Positions 47,398 to 56,418 of a DNA stretch of 64,000 bases are shown piece after piece (position 1 is the stretch's first letter; each line of letters opens with the position of its first letter). Origin of the DNA: Cyanophyceae cyanobacterium (GTDB lineage: Bacteria > Cyanobacteriota > Cyanobacteriia > Cyanobacteriales > JBHJGN01); NCBI GenBank assembly GCA_050331735.1, contig JBHJGN010000063.1, positions 4,174-68,173 on the forward strand, read 5' to 3'. Position numbers and translations under genes: made by a program. A model generated the notes under the pieces. The model made no database searches, was not told where the DNA came from, and saw only the letters and a list, made by a program, of their open reading frames with translations.

Positions 47398-49143
47398 ATG
47401 ACTCATTCTACGGTCGAGCCTCTCAGCATAGTTCTCCAGCAAGCAGGTCTAGTTTCAGAAACGCAGTTAAAATCGGCACTCATCAAACTCGCTGACTCTG
47501 ACAATCTGGGAATTGGAGAGCTGTTAGTCCGGTGCGGGTTACTCACTCAGGCAACCATTGACTTTTTTGCTCAAAAATGGTCGTCCCTGCTCTATCAGCA
47601 GCGACAGCCGTTAGGAAAGTATTTTAGAGAAGCTGGCTTACTCAGTAATACACAGCTTCAGGCCATACTAGAGGAGCAAAAGCAAACTGGTCAACGCTTG
47701 GGAGAGATTGCCGTTATCAAAGGTTGGCTGAAGCAAAATACCGTTGATTTTTTTGTTGAGCATCTTCATCGTCGCCAGCATAAGCTCGTTGATGAGGAGA
47801 GCGATCGCTACGACGAAGCCGCTATGCAGGCCATTCGCGATCGCCTGCTCAGCAAAGTCCGGTGTCGTCCTTTTTGGCTATTAACTCTGTACGCGCAGAT
47901 GCTTCGCCAGGGAGGTGTCGAGATAGACGACTCTCTCGAACAGCGTGAGCTATTAAAGGCAGACTTAGCGCTCAAGCAGCAAGGTCGGCTGGTTGCTAAT
48001 TCTGTCTATCGAGGCATATTTCCTCAAAGCTGGCTCGAGAAGGAGTTAAATCGTTTACAGCCTTACGAGACGACAATTGTTAGCCGCAGTGATATCGGCT
48101 CTTGGGAGCGATTAACCGCAGAAGTGAAGGTGCGCACAAATGAACAAAAGCACCTTACCCAAATCCTCTGTCAGCTCCTTGGAGAATATCAGACCATTAT
48201 TCCGGCTGGAGAAGAAGCTAAATGGGTAGACGAGATCGTCCGCACTCATATTGTAGAGAATTGGCAGCAGGGGGAGGCGTCAGGACATCTGCGGCAAATT
48301 AGCGATCGCCTGCTTAGCGAGTCAGGCCATCTTCTCAGTCTGTACGAGCAGGTTCTCAATCACACCATTCGAGTCGGTGGCGCTATGCCCAGTGCTTCAT
48401 GGAGCGATGGCCATGCAAAATACCAGCCGTTACTAGCATTAGAATTAGTGACAGTGCATCACAATCACCTGGTCGTTCATAACAGTATTTACGCAAAAAT
48501 TTTTGACCTGCCCTGGGTGGCGCAAGCTCAAGCTAGCCTTCAGCAGCAGCGAACCGCTCCAGCAGTGGCGGTAGCAAAACCTTCGGTGGCTGCTGAGCGG
48601 GCTAAGAATAAGATGACGCATTCCGCAGTAGCAGCACCCCCTACCCCTGGATCAGTTTTAACCGCGCTGGAGCGACTAGCGGCTCACCGCCGCCCTTCAA
48701 AACTGAGTATTTTGGGAGGACTGACGGCTTTAGCCGGGTTGGTTAGTTTTAGCGTTCTGCATCGAGCTCAGTGGCTCAATTCTTCGTTCGTTGCTTCAAC
48801 ACAGACAACTGACGTCCCTAAGATCTGTTGGCAGTATTCCCAAAGCAGGCAGGAGCAAATCGAGGAGCTACAGAAGCTACAGCAAAACGGTGTCCTAGAT
48901 GGTCAATGTCAGCAATTGAAAGATGAGCTCCTTTTTGGCCACGCCATCGAAACTCTCGCCAGCAACAATTACCGTCAAGAAGCCGTCGATTTGCTGTGTG
49001 AAGTCACTCCTGCCTTCTTCGAGAGCAAGCAAAATGTGATTCCCTATTTCCGCAACTGGTCTGAAAGCAGTCCTCGCTTCAAGACTTGGCTAGAGCTTTA
49101 CCTGCAAAATAATGCCTGCCCCATCGCCAGCTATCTTAGGTAG
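47398..49143 (+). CDS. Membrane protein with two tandem MshEN / T2SSE_N-like motif pairs at the N-terminus
   Basis: Residues ~70-122 read PLGKYFREAGLLSNTQLQAILEEQ-KQTGQ-RLGEIAVIKGWLKQNTVDFFVEH, and residues ~8-62 form a weaker copy. A TM helix (LSILGGLTALAGLVSFSVL) lies near residue 440. Confidence 0.6.
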   Translation: MTHSTVEPLSIVLQQAGLVSETQLKSALIKLADSDNLGIGELLVRCGLLTQATIDFFAQKWSSLLYQQRQPLGKYFREAGLLSNTQLQAILEEQKQTGQRLGEIAVIKGWLKQNTVDFFVEHLHRRQHKLVDEESDRYDEAAMQAIRDRLLSKVRCRPFWLLTLYAQMLRQGGVEIDDSLEQRELLKADLALKQQGRLVANSVYRGIFPQSWLEKELNRLQPYETTIVSRSDIGSWERLTAEVKVRTNEQKHLTQILCQLLGEYQTIIPAGEEAKWVDEIVRTHIVENWQQGEASGHLRQISDRLLSESGHLLSLYEQVLNHTIRVGGAMPSASWSDGHAKYQPLLALELVTVHHNHLVVHNSIYAKIFDLPWVAQAQASLQQQRTAPAVAVAKPSVAAERAKNKMTHSAVAAPPTPGSVLTALERLAAHRRPSKLSILGGLTALAGLVSFSVLHRAQWLNSSFVASTQTTDVPKICWQYSQSRQEQIEELQKLQQNGVLDGQCQQLKDELLFGHAIETLASNNYRQEAVDLLCEVTPAFFESKQNVIPYFRNWSESSPRFKTWLELYLQNNACPIASYLR

Positions 49144-49164
49144 TAATCTCGTCCCCGCTAATCG

Positions 49165-50709
49165 CTAAGGATTGTAGAAAACGCCATCGCTTCCTTGAAG
49201 TTCGTCAGCCGTTGATACTCTAATGCCCTGCCTCCCGATTTGGTAATGCCGGAGCAAGAACTGACTCAGATTAAAGGCTTGATTTTTAGAAGGAGATGGA
49301 GCGGTAGAGCGACGGTCTAGTTGGGCATCTAGCTGGATAAGATAGTGGATAAAGATTCCAATGAGGAGCCAGGCGATCGTGCATAAGATGCCGGTAACCG
49401 TGCAGATAATTAGCCAGCCGAGAAATTGGCAAAAGGTCTGCAGGAGAAAATGTTCGTAGTATGGAAGCGAAGTATAAACCAGGGAACTAGGACTGCTAAA
49501 CAGTCCAACCGCCACAGTTCCCCAAAATCCGCAAAAGAGATGTACCGGAACGGCTCCCACCGGATCGTCAATTTTGCAGACTTCTAAAAATACCTCGCCT
49601 AAAACCACAAAGATGCCGCCGACTGCTCCAATGACAAATGAGCTAGACAAATTAACGAAGGCAGAAGAGGCGGTAATGGAGACAAGACCGCCTAAAATGC
49701 CGTTGATGATAGAGCTAAGGCTGGGTTTACCAATGACAATGGGACTGAAGAGAATCGCGGAAATGCCTCCGGCGGCGGCTGCCGTCATGGTGGTGACGAT
49801 AATATGAGGAACGTACTCGAGGTAGATTGTTGAGCCTCCGTTGAAGCCAAACCAGCCTAGCCAGAGAATTAAGCAGCCCAAAGTCGCAAACCCTAAATTA
49901 TCGGGAGTAAAGCTTTCTGTTTCCTCTTCTTCAAAGCGATCTTGGCTGGTATCATAGCCAAAGCGTCCCTGCCGAGGCTTGAGCAACATCGCTCCGACTA
50001 AGGCCGCCATTCCGCCAACGGAATGCACAACCGTCGAGCCAGCAAAATCGCGGAAGCGGAGAGCCTGTAACAGCCAGCCATAGTGCCCCCAAACCCAGTG
50101 TCCCGTCAGTGGATAGCAAAAACCGACGAGAAAGAAACTGAAGAGCACGAACGCCCAGAATCTCACCCGTTCGGCGATCGCCCCAGAAACAATCGTTGCC
50201 GCTGTTCCGGCAAACACTAGCTGAAAAAAGAAGAGCGGCGCAAATGCCCGTTCGGGCCAATCTAGGTGCAGGCAGCTAAACTGCTCAGTGGGAAAAGCGC
50301 CGGCGACCGGAAATAACAGTTCAAAAAAGAACCCTTGCTGACCAATAAAGCTGAGAATATTCTGCTCTTGTCCCGTGCAGGTATAGCTACCGTCTCCAAA
50401 CATTAACCCGAAGCCGAACAGCCAGTAGGCTAGAGTCGCTACGCAGAAAACAATTAAATTTTTAGCGAGGACATTGGTGGCATTTTTCCGTCGGCAAAAG
50501 CCGGCTTCGAGCATCGCAAAGCCAGCGTTCATAAAAAATACAAACGCTCCAGCGATCAGCAGCCAAATGTTAGCCAAAACCAAGCTGTCAGTCTCGCCTT
50601 GGGCAACAGCGACGCGACCACTCAGGAGCAGCGTGAGAGTAGAGAGAGGAAGATAGAAGTACCAGCGACGCAGCAGCCAGTTACTTCTGAGCCATCGTCG
50701 TTTAAACAT
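49165..50709 (-). CDS. amt: Ammonium transporter (Amt family)
   Basis: Signal peptide plus 11 TM helices with Amt motifs (AGFAMLEAG, DFAGSTVVH, HLFCGFWG), and a C-terminal GIRVS..EL.G.D region. Confidence 0.9.
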   Translation of the reverse strand: MFKRRWLRSNWLLRRWYFYLPLSTLTLLLSGRVAVAQGETDSLVLANIWLLIAGAFVFFMNAGFAMLEAGFCRRKNATNVLAKNLIVFCVATLAYWLFGFGLMFGDGSYTCTGQEQNILSFIGQQGFFFELLFPVAGAFPTEQFSCLHLDWPERAFAPLFFFQLVFAGTAATIVSGAIAERVRFWAFVLFSFFLVGFCYPLTGHWVWGHYGWLLQALRFRDFAGSTVVHSVGGMAALVGAMLLKPRQGRFGYDTSQDRFEEEETESFTPDNLGFATLGCLILWLGWFGFNGGSTIYLEYVPHIIVTTMTAAAAGGISAILFSPIVIGKPSLSSIINGILGGLVSITASSAFVNLSSSFVIGAVGGIFVVLGEVFLEVCKIDDPVGAVPVHLFCGFWGTVAVGLFSSPSSLVYTSLPYYEHFLLQTFCQFLGWLIICTVTGILCTIAWLLIGIFIHYLIQLDAQLDRRSTAPSPSKNQAFNLSQFLLRHYQIGRQGIRVSTADELQGSDGVFYNP

Positions 50710-50747
50710 GGAAGACGTTCAAAAGTAGGAACAGAGACAAGCTATTT

Positions 50748-50761
50748 GTAAGTAAGAGTAC
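50748..50761. promoter_or_regulatory. Candidate NtcA-binding site GTA-N8-TAC upstream of amt
   Basis: The site is GTAAGTAAGAGTAC. On the amt strand it is followed after 20 nt by TACTTT (TAN3T). Confidence 0.5.
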
Positions 50762-51333
50762 AAGATAACCACAGACAAACAGCGCTTTTTATCACAAGTG
50801 ATGCCAAATTGCTCCCGTTTGCTTGCTTTTACACCTCGCAGAACTGAACTGCCGTTGTCGTCGATTGCTCAGCACCAATCACAGAGACGAGGCGAGCGCT
50901 TAGTAATGACCAATAGCTCAGCAAAACTGGCAGTTGCTGATAGTGAGTCTTCCTCAAAAACCTCGGTACCCAGTTTAACTGACCAGCAGAGGCCAATGTT
51001 AACGCCCTAACTCTCCATCTCTTTTCAGATATAACGCTTAACAAAGACCAAAATCAGGGTACTGCCGCCTTCTGTTTTGGAACAAACCGGCATTAGTCTC
51101 CTTCAAAAAGTTAGTTAGCATTAGTTTACGAGCACTTAAGTTTACTGAATCACAATTGAATTTACCCGTTGCTAACCTTTAGTCAATTAGACGCCGCTAT
51201 TCATCTGACAGCTTCCAAAATGTAGGCAGCAAATGATGCTGTTATATGCAATAAATTGGCAAATTCGGCTATTTTTAAGGCATTAGTTGGAATAAGAAAT
51301 CCGAGAAGCAAGTTGATACATCTTTTGAGAAAA

Positions 51334-52359
51334 ATGTCTTCTAAAACAATTCCAAAAACCTATAGTTTGCTCAGTATTGGTCAGCGTGGAGCGGGCAAAA
51401 CAGTATTTCTTGCCGGTAGCTACACAGAACTTGATAGCGCTCATCAGCTCGATGCTCAAGCAGTCTGGATTAATTGTCGAGATAGCCAGACGCGAGAGAA
51501 CATGGAGGCGCTGTTAAGCTATATTACTCGCTCTGGTCACTACCCTCCGCCCACTATTAAAATCACCAATTTCAACTTCAGTTTGAAACGAACCGTTAAT
51601 CAGCAGGAGCAAACCCTGTGTCACTTTCGCTGGTGGGATCTTCCTGGCGAGTCTTGCAGCTATGACGATCCTGATTTTCGCAACCTGGTGTTTGAGTCTA
51701 ACGGCTGCTGTATATTTATTGATGCTGATGCCCTCATCCATCAACCGACCTACCATCAAAATCTACAAGAAATCCGGCAGCAGCTCATTCCCATTGTGAC
51801 CTTGGTTCATATTAATCAATTGAATTATGCTTTTGCCTTTTTACTGACCAAATGCGATTTACTAGAAACCGATACGGCAACCGCTCAGCTTCAGGAGCAT
51901 CTGCATCCGCTGACAACCGAGCTGGATCTGCTGGACATAGACTACAAATTATTTTACTTAAGAGTCCCGATTGTTGCTGTCGAAAGACAGGCTACGCTGC
52001 AAGCTCAAGGAACTGCCGAGCCGCTACTATGGCTGATGGATGAGTTGGAGACTTTCCATCATCAGAACGGGGCCCCATCAACGAATGCCGTGGAGAGGTT
52101 GCGCACCCAGGACGTTGTGGAGGGAAGCCTACAGAGTGTAGTTAAATCTGTTTCGGTGGCCAGCTTCCCCCCCCAAGAAGCTGTACCAGGAAACCGACAG
52201 GCCAGCGCTCAGATTTCTAGAGATAACGAAAAATCTGGTCCAAATTTACTGGCCTTGAGCGTGATCTTGGCTAGCTTAGCGGGAGTCGGACTTGGTTGGT
52301 GGCTCTATGCTAACCTATCAACTAGCCCTTCTGAGCCTCGTCCGGCCTTGGAGCAGTAG
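51334..52359 (+). CDS. Ras-like small GTPase domain protein with a C-terminal TM anchor
   Basis: G1 GQRGAGKT, G3 WWDLPGE, G4 LTKCD, and a C-terminal helix LLALSVILASLAGVGLGWWLYA. The ATG at 51334 is preferred to the TTG at 51256. Confidence 0.6.
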   Translation: MSSKTIPKTYSLLSIGQRGAGKTVFLAGSYTELDSAHQLDAQAVWINCRDSQTRENMEALLSYITRSGHYPPPTIKITNFNFSLKRTVNQQEQTLCHFRWWDLPGESCSYDDPDFRNLVFESNGCCIFIDADALIHQPTYHQNLQEIRQQLIPIVTLVHINQLNYAFAFLLTKCDLLETDTATAQLQEHLHPLTTELDLLDIDYKLFYLRVPIVAVERQATLQAQGTAEPLLWLMDELETFHHQNGAPSTNAVERLRTQDVVEGSLQSVVKSVSVASFPPQEAVPGNRQASAQISRDNEKSGPNLLALSVILASLAGVGLGWWLYANLSTSPSEPRPALEQ

Positions 52360-52454
52360 ACTTTCCCCGCATCGTGCTGGGAAAGAAATGCTCTGTCCTC
52401 GATCTGAAGGAGCTTGGGGAACAGCAAATCCACTCGCCTTACAGAACCCGAAGT

Positions 52455-53663
52455 TTAGGCGGGGCTTTCAATCTGATGAACAAAATCAAGCAGATAGTGA
52501 GCTAACTGGAGCTTAGTACAGGAGCCGATGGGCTGCTGTCGCCCGTGAACATCGATGAAAGTTGCCTGATTGGTATCGCTACCAAAACCAGTCTGGGGGC
52601 GATCAATAGGATTAGCGGCGATCGCATCGAGCTGCTTGCGGCGCAGCTTTTCTACAGCCGGTTCGACAATGTCTCCGGTTTGGGCGGCAAAACCGACCAG
52701 GCGCTGGTGGGGCTGCTTTTGCTGACTCAGAGCGGCAATAATATCGGGAACGGGTTCGAGAGGAAGAGCTAGGGGAAGCTCATGTTTCGGGAGTTTGGCT
52801 CGCGAGGTGTGGGCTGGTTTGACGTCGGCAACCGCCGCCGTCATAATCGTCCAGTCTGCGCTGGGAAAAGCCTTCAGCAGGGCCTGCTGCATGTCGGCAG
52901 CGCTGACAACAGGCAGGGAGTGCATCGGCAATGAGGCTGGTAGTTCCATCGGGGCATGCACGAAGGTGACAGAGGCTCCCCGATAAATGGCGGCTTGGGC
53001 AACCGCGAGTCCCATTTTTCCGGTTGAGGGATTGCCGATAAATCGGACCGGATCGATAAACTCTCTGGTTCCTCCGGCACTGATGAGAAGGTGTTTGCCT
53101 GCTAAGTCACGCTTGCCCCCAGCGATCAGGAGAGATTGAGCGGCGGCCACGATGTCTGCGGGTTCTGCCAAACGTCCAGCGCCAACGCGATCGCAGGCCA
53201 GCAGCCCGGACCCAGGACCAACGCGATGATAGCGAGGCTCTTGCTGAAGCTGTTGCCAGTTTCTCTGGACCGCCTGCTGCTCCCACATATCGGTATTCAT
53301 GGCCGGAGCCAGCAGGATCGGGCAGCGGCTTGCCAGCACGGTATTGGTCAGCAAATTATCCGCTAAGCCGTGGGCGAGCTTGCCCAGGGTATGAGCCGAC
53401 AGTGGCGCAATCACCAACAGCGCTGCCCACTCTCCAAGCTCAATATGCAGGGGTCGGGAGTAAAGCGGCTGCCAGAAGTCGCGATCGGTATAGGCTCGGT
53501 GGCGGCTGAGGGTTGAGAGCGTTAGGGGGGTTACAAATTCCTGAGCAGCCGCGGTAAGAACGACTCGAACCGGAACGCCAGCCTTGAATAACTGAGAAAC
53601 CACCTCACAGACCTTGTAGGCGGCAATGCCGCCGCCAACTCCGATGAGAACTCCATCAGCCAT
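52455..53663 (-). CDS. coaBC: Bifunctional phosphopantothenoylcysteine decarboxylase / phosphopantothenate-cysteine ligase
   Basis: N-terminal flavoprotein domain ([15 protein letters not shown]) and a C-terminal DFP/CoaB domain ([20 protein letters not shown]). Confidence 0.9.
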   Translation of the reverse strand: MADGVLIGVGGGIAAYKVCEVVSQLFKAGVPVRVVLTAAAQEFVTPLTLSTLSRHRAYTDRDFWQPLYSRPLHIELGEWAALLVIAPLSAHTLGKLAHGLADNLLTNTVLASRCPILLAPAMNTDMWEQQAVQRNWQQLQQEPRYHRVGPGSGLLACDRVGAGRLAEPADIVAAAQSLLIAGGKRDLAGKHLLISAGGTREFIDPVRFIGNPSTGKMGLAVAQAAIYRGASVTFVHAPMELPASLPMHSLPVVSAADMQQALLKAFPSADWTIMTAAVADVKPAHTSRAKLPKHELPLALPLEPVPDIIAALSQQKQPHQRLVGFAAQTGDIVEPAVEKLRRKQLDAIAANPIDRPQTGFGSDTNQATFIDVHGRQQPIGSCTKLQLAHYLLDFVHQIESPA

Positions 53664-53876
53664 TTAGGCTTTTTCGTAGCTTTCAATCTCGAGCAAATAG
53701 ATGTAGGGCTGCACTAGCTCTTGACGCTGAAAAGCGAGTGCCCAGAGTAAATGCCAATCCTGTAGAGCTTCAAAAGGATTGATGTAGTCGTCCTGTTCGA
53801 GTCGAGCCGCTAAATGAGCAACATCTTCTGCTGTGAAAGTGCCAATATCGCGGTTTATCAAACATAGAGCTGTCAT
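53664..53876 (-). CDS. Small conserved hypothetical protein abutting coaBC
   Basis: 70-aa ORF whose TAA stop is immediately followed by the coaBC ATG (no spacer). Confidence 0.5.
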   Translation of the reverse strand: MTALCLINRDIGTFTAEDVAHLAARLEQDDYINPFEALQDWHLLWALAFQRQELVQPYIYLLEIESYEKA

Positions 53877-53934
53877 GCTGCACCTCCAGTTGAGCCGATT
53901 TTTAATACCCCATCATTTAATATACCGGATTTAT

Positions 53935-54648
53935 TTATTTCGCGCTAGTGACCTGAATCACAAAACTCCGCATCACGGCTAAAACGGCGGGAATAATTTC
54001 GTGTCCCATTTCAAACTCCCGATACTCGACGGCAACTCCCGCAGCCGTTAGCTCTGCTTGGGCTTTCTGCGCCGCCGGCAGCGGAACGACCGGGTCTTGC
54101 CGACCGTGGACGAGCAACACTGGCGGAGAAACACCGCCAGCAGGAGCCGCATGGAGATAGCCACTGAGAACGCACAGCCCCGCTAGCGGTAAACCAAGAC
54201 CGACATCGAGCGTCATCGCTCCCCCTTGGGAAAAGCCGCTGAGAATAGTCTGCTCTAGCGGAACTCCGGTTGTCGAGGCCAAAGTTAGCAGCCAGTCTAG
54301 AAGCTGCTGACGACTTTCTGGCAGACCTTGATATCCGCTCTCTAAGGCGTACCAAGCCCTTCCTCCCGGAACTTGAGGGTGAGCATAGGGAGCGTTGGGA
54401 AAAACAAACTGATAGTGACTGAGATTGAATAAGGAGGCAAAAGGAGCCAAATCCTGAGCATTAGCTCCCCAGCCGTGGAGGGCCACGACTAGCCCTTGGG
54501 CAGTTCCACTGGCTGGAGGAATTGAGATCGCGTCTAGCAGGATGTTTCTCCTCTTTGTATCTTTACCTTCTTGGCTGTTGTTGGGACAGTAGCGGTCGAG
54601 TCTTCGCTTCCTCAGTCGGACGCCAGCAAAGAGCAAACAGCTCAGCAC
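53935..54648 (-). CDS. Phospholipase/carboxylesterase-family alpha/beta hydrolase
   Basis: Contains LHGWGAN, the nucleophile elbow GFSQGG and HG..D..VP. The start is uncertain (see findings). Confidence 0.75.
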   Translation of the reverse strand: MLSCLLFAGVRLRKRRLDRYCPNNSQEGKDTKRRNILLDAISIPPASGTAQGLVVALHGWGANAQDLAPFASLFNLSHYQFVFPNAPYAHPQVPGGRAWYALESGYQGLPESRQQLLDWLLTLASTTGVPLEQTILSGFSQGGAMTLDVGLGLPLAGLCVLSGYLHAAPAGGVSPPVLLVHGRQDPVVPLPAAQKAQAELTAAGVAVEYREFEMGHEIIPAVLAVMRSFVIQVTSAK

Positions 54649-54683
54649 TCTGAGCGCAAGAGGCTATCTTCCACCCGCTGGCT

Positions 54684-56405
54684 CTACCGAACTTGTTTGA
54701 GGCTTTCTACCTTATCGGAGAACAGTTCGGTAAATAGACTCAAGACCGTGCGCTTTTCTCTTACTTTAATGTTGACGCTGACCGACATTCCTGACTGAAG
54801 CGGGATTTCCCGCTCTCCCCTCGTCTCTAAAACTTGCTGTTCTAGATTGACCTTAACGGGGAAGCGATAGAAGCGATCAATTTCGTCGGGCGGAAGAGCA
54901 TCGGAGCCAACCGATGTAATGGTCCCGTCGATATCTCCAAATTCACTAAAGGGGAAAGAGTCGATGCGAACGTCCGCATTCTGGCCTTCCCGCACAAAGC
55001 CAATATCCTGGTTAGTGACGTACACTTCGGCAACCAGGTGGTCTTCTGGCACGATTTTCAGTAGGGCTTCGGCCTGAGATGGATTGGGCACAAAACCTGG
55101 AGTAGCCTGGAGGTCGAATACCGTTCCCGATACCGGAGCGCGTAGTTCCTGATACTGGAGCGTGAGGTTCGTCCGGCTAATTTGGCTATCTAACTCCGCT
55201 AGGCGATTCTGGTTGTCTAACATCAGCTTGGTTAACTGACTGTCAATTTCCGCAATGCGCTTAGTGTTCTCGGCGATGCGATCTAAAACGTCTCTCTCGG
55301 AACCGGAAGAGGTGTTGACAAGCTCTTCTTTGGCCTGAGCAATATCGAGCTGGAGGCGCTGGCTCTCTTCGGCGAGCTGATCGATCTGCGCCCTAATGGT
55401 CTGGACCTGCTGCTGCTGCTGGTCGTATTCAATCCGACCGTTGCTTTGCTGTTCGACGAGAGCGGCATAGCGATCGCTGACCTCTTGACGCTGCCGATCG
55501 AGCTGGATTTTGGCGATCGCGCCTTCTTCGATAAGCGGGCTAATGTCTGACAGAATTTGGCGCTCAATCTCAAGGCTTCTTTCGGCCTGGTCCACCGATT
55601 GCTCATTGCGCTGGCCGATCTGCGAGAGCACCTGCTGTGCGGTCAGAAGCTGCGCTCTGGCATCAGCGAGTTCGGCGCGGTTTTGGTTGAGCTGCCGCTG
55701 GAGCTGGGCGACTTCTAGGCGAGCGGCGGAGGCGCGGGAGTTCATCTCGGCGGTGGCCGCTCGCAGCCGCGCCCGCTGCTCGGGAGACAGATTGCTGCCG
55801 GGGATAGAGCCCACCTGAGCGCGATAGAGCTGGTTCTCCGCAACGAGGGTGGCGCGGTTACGGGCGAGCGCCACAATCTGCGGTGGCACTTCTAGTTTGA
55901 CCAGGGCTTCTTCAATTTCAAACGGGTCAAGAGACTGCTCCATCAGCACTTGGTAAAACTGATTCTCTTGCTCGAGCGAATTTCGGACAGACTTGAGAGA
56001 TTCGAGTTCGGCTTTAGACGCGGTTGGATCTAGGGTGGCCAGCAGTGCCCCCTCTTCGACCCGCTCTCCCTCTTCGACGAATACCTCTTTAACCACTCCG
56101 TTAACGGGAGCCTGCACTTCTTTAACGGTTTCTTGGGGCTTGAGCTGACCCTGAGCGGGAACGGCCTGTTCAATCTTGGCAAAGCTGGCCCAGGCCACTC
56201 CAAAAGTCGCCACGCCCATAATGGTGTAAACCACCGCTCGGGACCACTTCGGTGACTGCTTGAGCACGACTCCTTGATCGAAGGGGCGGGATGGTGCCTT
56301 GGGCGCAGAATCGTTGGCAGATTGGTTGGCTACTTGGGTCTTTGCTCCTCTTTGCTTATGATGTCCGTTGCGATCGCGTCCGTTTTTACTCAGTTGATTC
56401 GTCAT
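54684..56405 (-). CDS. HlyD-family type I secretion membrane fusion protein
   Basis: N-terminal TM helix, a very long coiled-coil hairpin and a C-terminal HlyD beta-barrel. The ATG at 56405 lies 14 nt after the ABC stop and is preceded by AAGGA. Confidence 0.85.
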   Translation of the reverse strand: MTNQLSKNGRDRNGHHKQRGAKTQVANQSANDSAPKAPSRPFDQGVVLKQSPKWSRAVVYTIMGVATFGVAWASFAKIEQAVPAQGQLKPQETVKEVQAPVNGVVKEVFVEEGERVEEGALLATLDPTASKAELESLKSVRNSLEQENQFYQVLMEQSLDPFEIEEALVKLEVPPQIVALARNRATLVAENQLYRAQVGSIPGSNLSPEQRARLRAATAEMNSRASAARLEVAQLQRQLNQNRAELADARAQLLTAQQVLSQIGQRNEQSVDQAERSLEIERQILSDISPLIEEGAIAKIQLDRQRQEVSDRYAALVEQQSNGRIEYDQQQQQVQTIRAQIDQLAEESQRLQLDIAQAKEELVNTSSGSERDVLDRIAENTKRIAEIDSQLTKLMLDNQNRLAELDSQISRTNLTLQYQELRAPVSGTVFDLQATPGFVPNPSQAEALLKIVPEDHLVAEVYVTNQDIGFVREGQNADVRIDSFPFSEFGDIDGTITSVGSDALPPDEIDRFYRFPVKVNLEQQVLETRGEREIPLQSGMSVSVNIKVREKRTVLSLFTELFSDKVESLKQVR

Positions 56406-56418
56406 CAGTCTATCCTTA

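Noticed and set aside
50798-51044. Two overlapping ~70-aa ORFs on opposite strands in the amt / GTPase-like spacer
   Set aside because: They are mutually exclusive, have low-complexity compositions and lack an SD. The region is better explained as a divergent promoter spacer.
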